From contig OX337232.1 in NCBI GenBank assembly GCA_946965045.2, positions 3,224,001 to 3,288,000 on the forward strand: a stretch of DNA of 64,000 nucleotides. The letters are read 5' to 3'. The position numbers were made by a program, and so were the translations under genes. The stretch is from Epithemia pelagica (taxonomy: Eukaryota; Protista; Bacillariophyta). Numbering within the stretch: the stretch's first letter is position 1; every line of letters begins with the position of its first letter. Positions 63,835 to 64,000 of the stretch are shown here, in pieces. The notes beneath the pieces are model-generated. The model was not told the origin of the DNA. It saw only the letters and a list, made by a program, of their open reading frames with translations, and made no database searches.

Positions 63835-64000
63835 TTCCTTTTGGATACCGGATGGGCTTCCCTGCGGAACAGTTAGTCTGAAAAAAGGTTTGGATCTTTT
63901 ATCTTTTGCACTTTTTACGAGACACAGAGTGTCGTCGTCGTCGTTCTATTAGGTTCTCGGTCTCACTCATTTCGTTGGGGTTGCGTGTATTTTTTTTTTT

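Overview
Intron-containing eukaryotic genomic DNA, most likely from a diatom (inference from CoDi-type Copia polyproteins, short GT-AG introns and low-complexity proteins). Positions 1-29,090 are a recently amplified tandem array. Its 5,137-bp base unit holds a pseudogenised 3' fragment of a TrhO/rhodanese gene, a C-terminal fragment of an MTD1-like dehydrogenase, a MITE-like relic, and an intact Crinkler/RHS-type NTPase+REase gene. One Copia insertion site (TSD CTATC) occurs in successive units as a solo LTR, a full element and an empty site; a deleted copy of the same element starts the window. This Copia has an extra upstream ORF and no tRNA primer-binding site. Instead, the 14 nt after its 5' LTR are the exact reverse complement of a segment of its own LTR, which suggests Tf1-like self-priming. 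A truncated DIRS-like retroelement between 119-bp direct repeats follows (29,091-32,808). Then come host genes: a TrhO-like rhodanese+RRM gene, an MHS-family MFS transporter, a 57-aa-repeat coiled-coil ORF, a sulfotransferase, a ~2,180-aa GTPase + SecA-like ATPase + J-domain protein, and a GT4 glycosyltransferase. The window ends with a second, apparently intact Copia (56,118-63,834). Its LTRs are identical and read TC...CA, and its PBS matches a tRNA-Asn anticodon loop (half-tRNA priming). All comparisons were made by eye; no searches were run.
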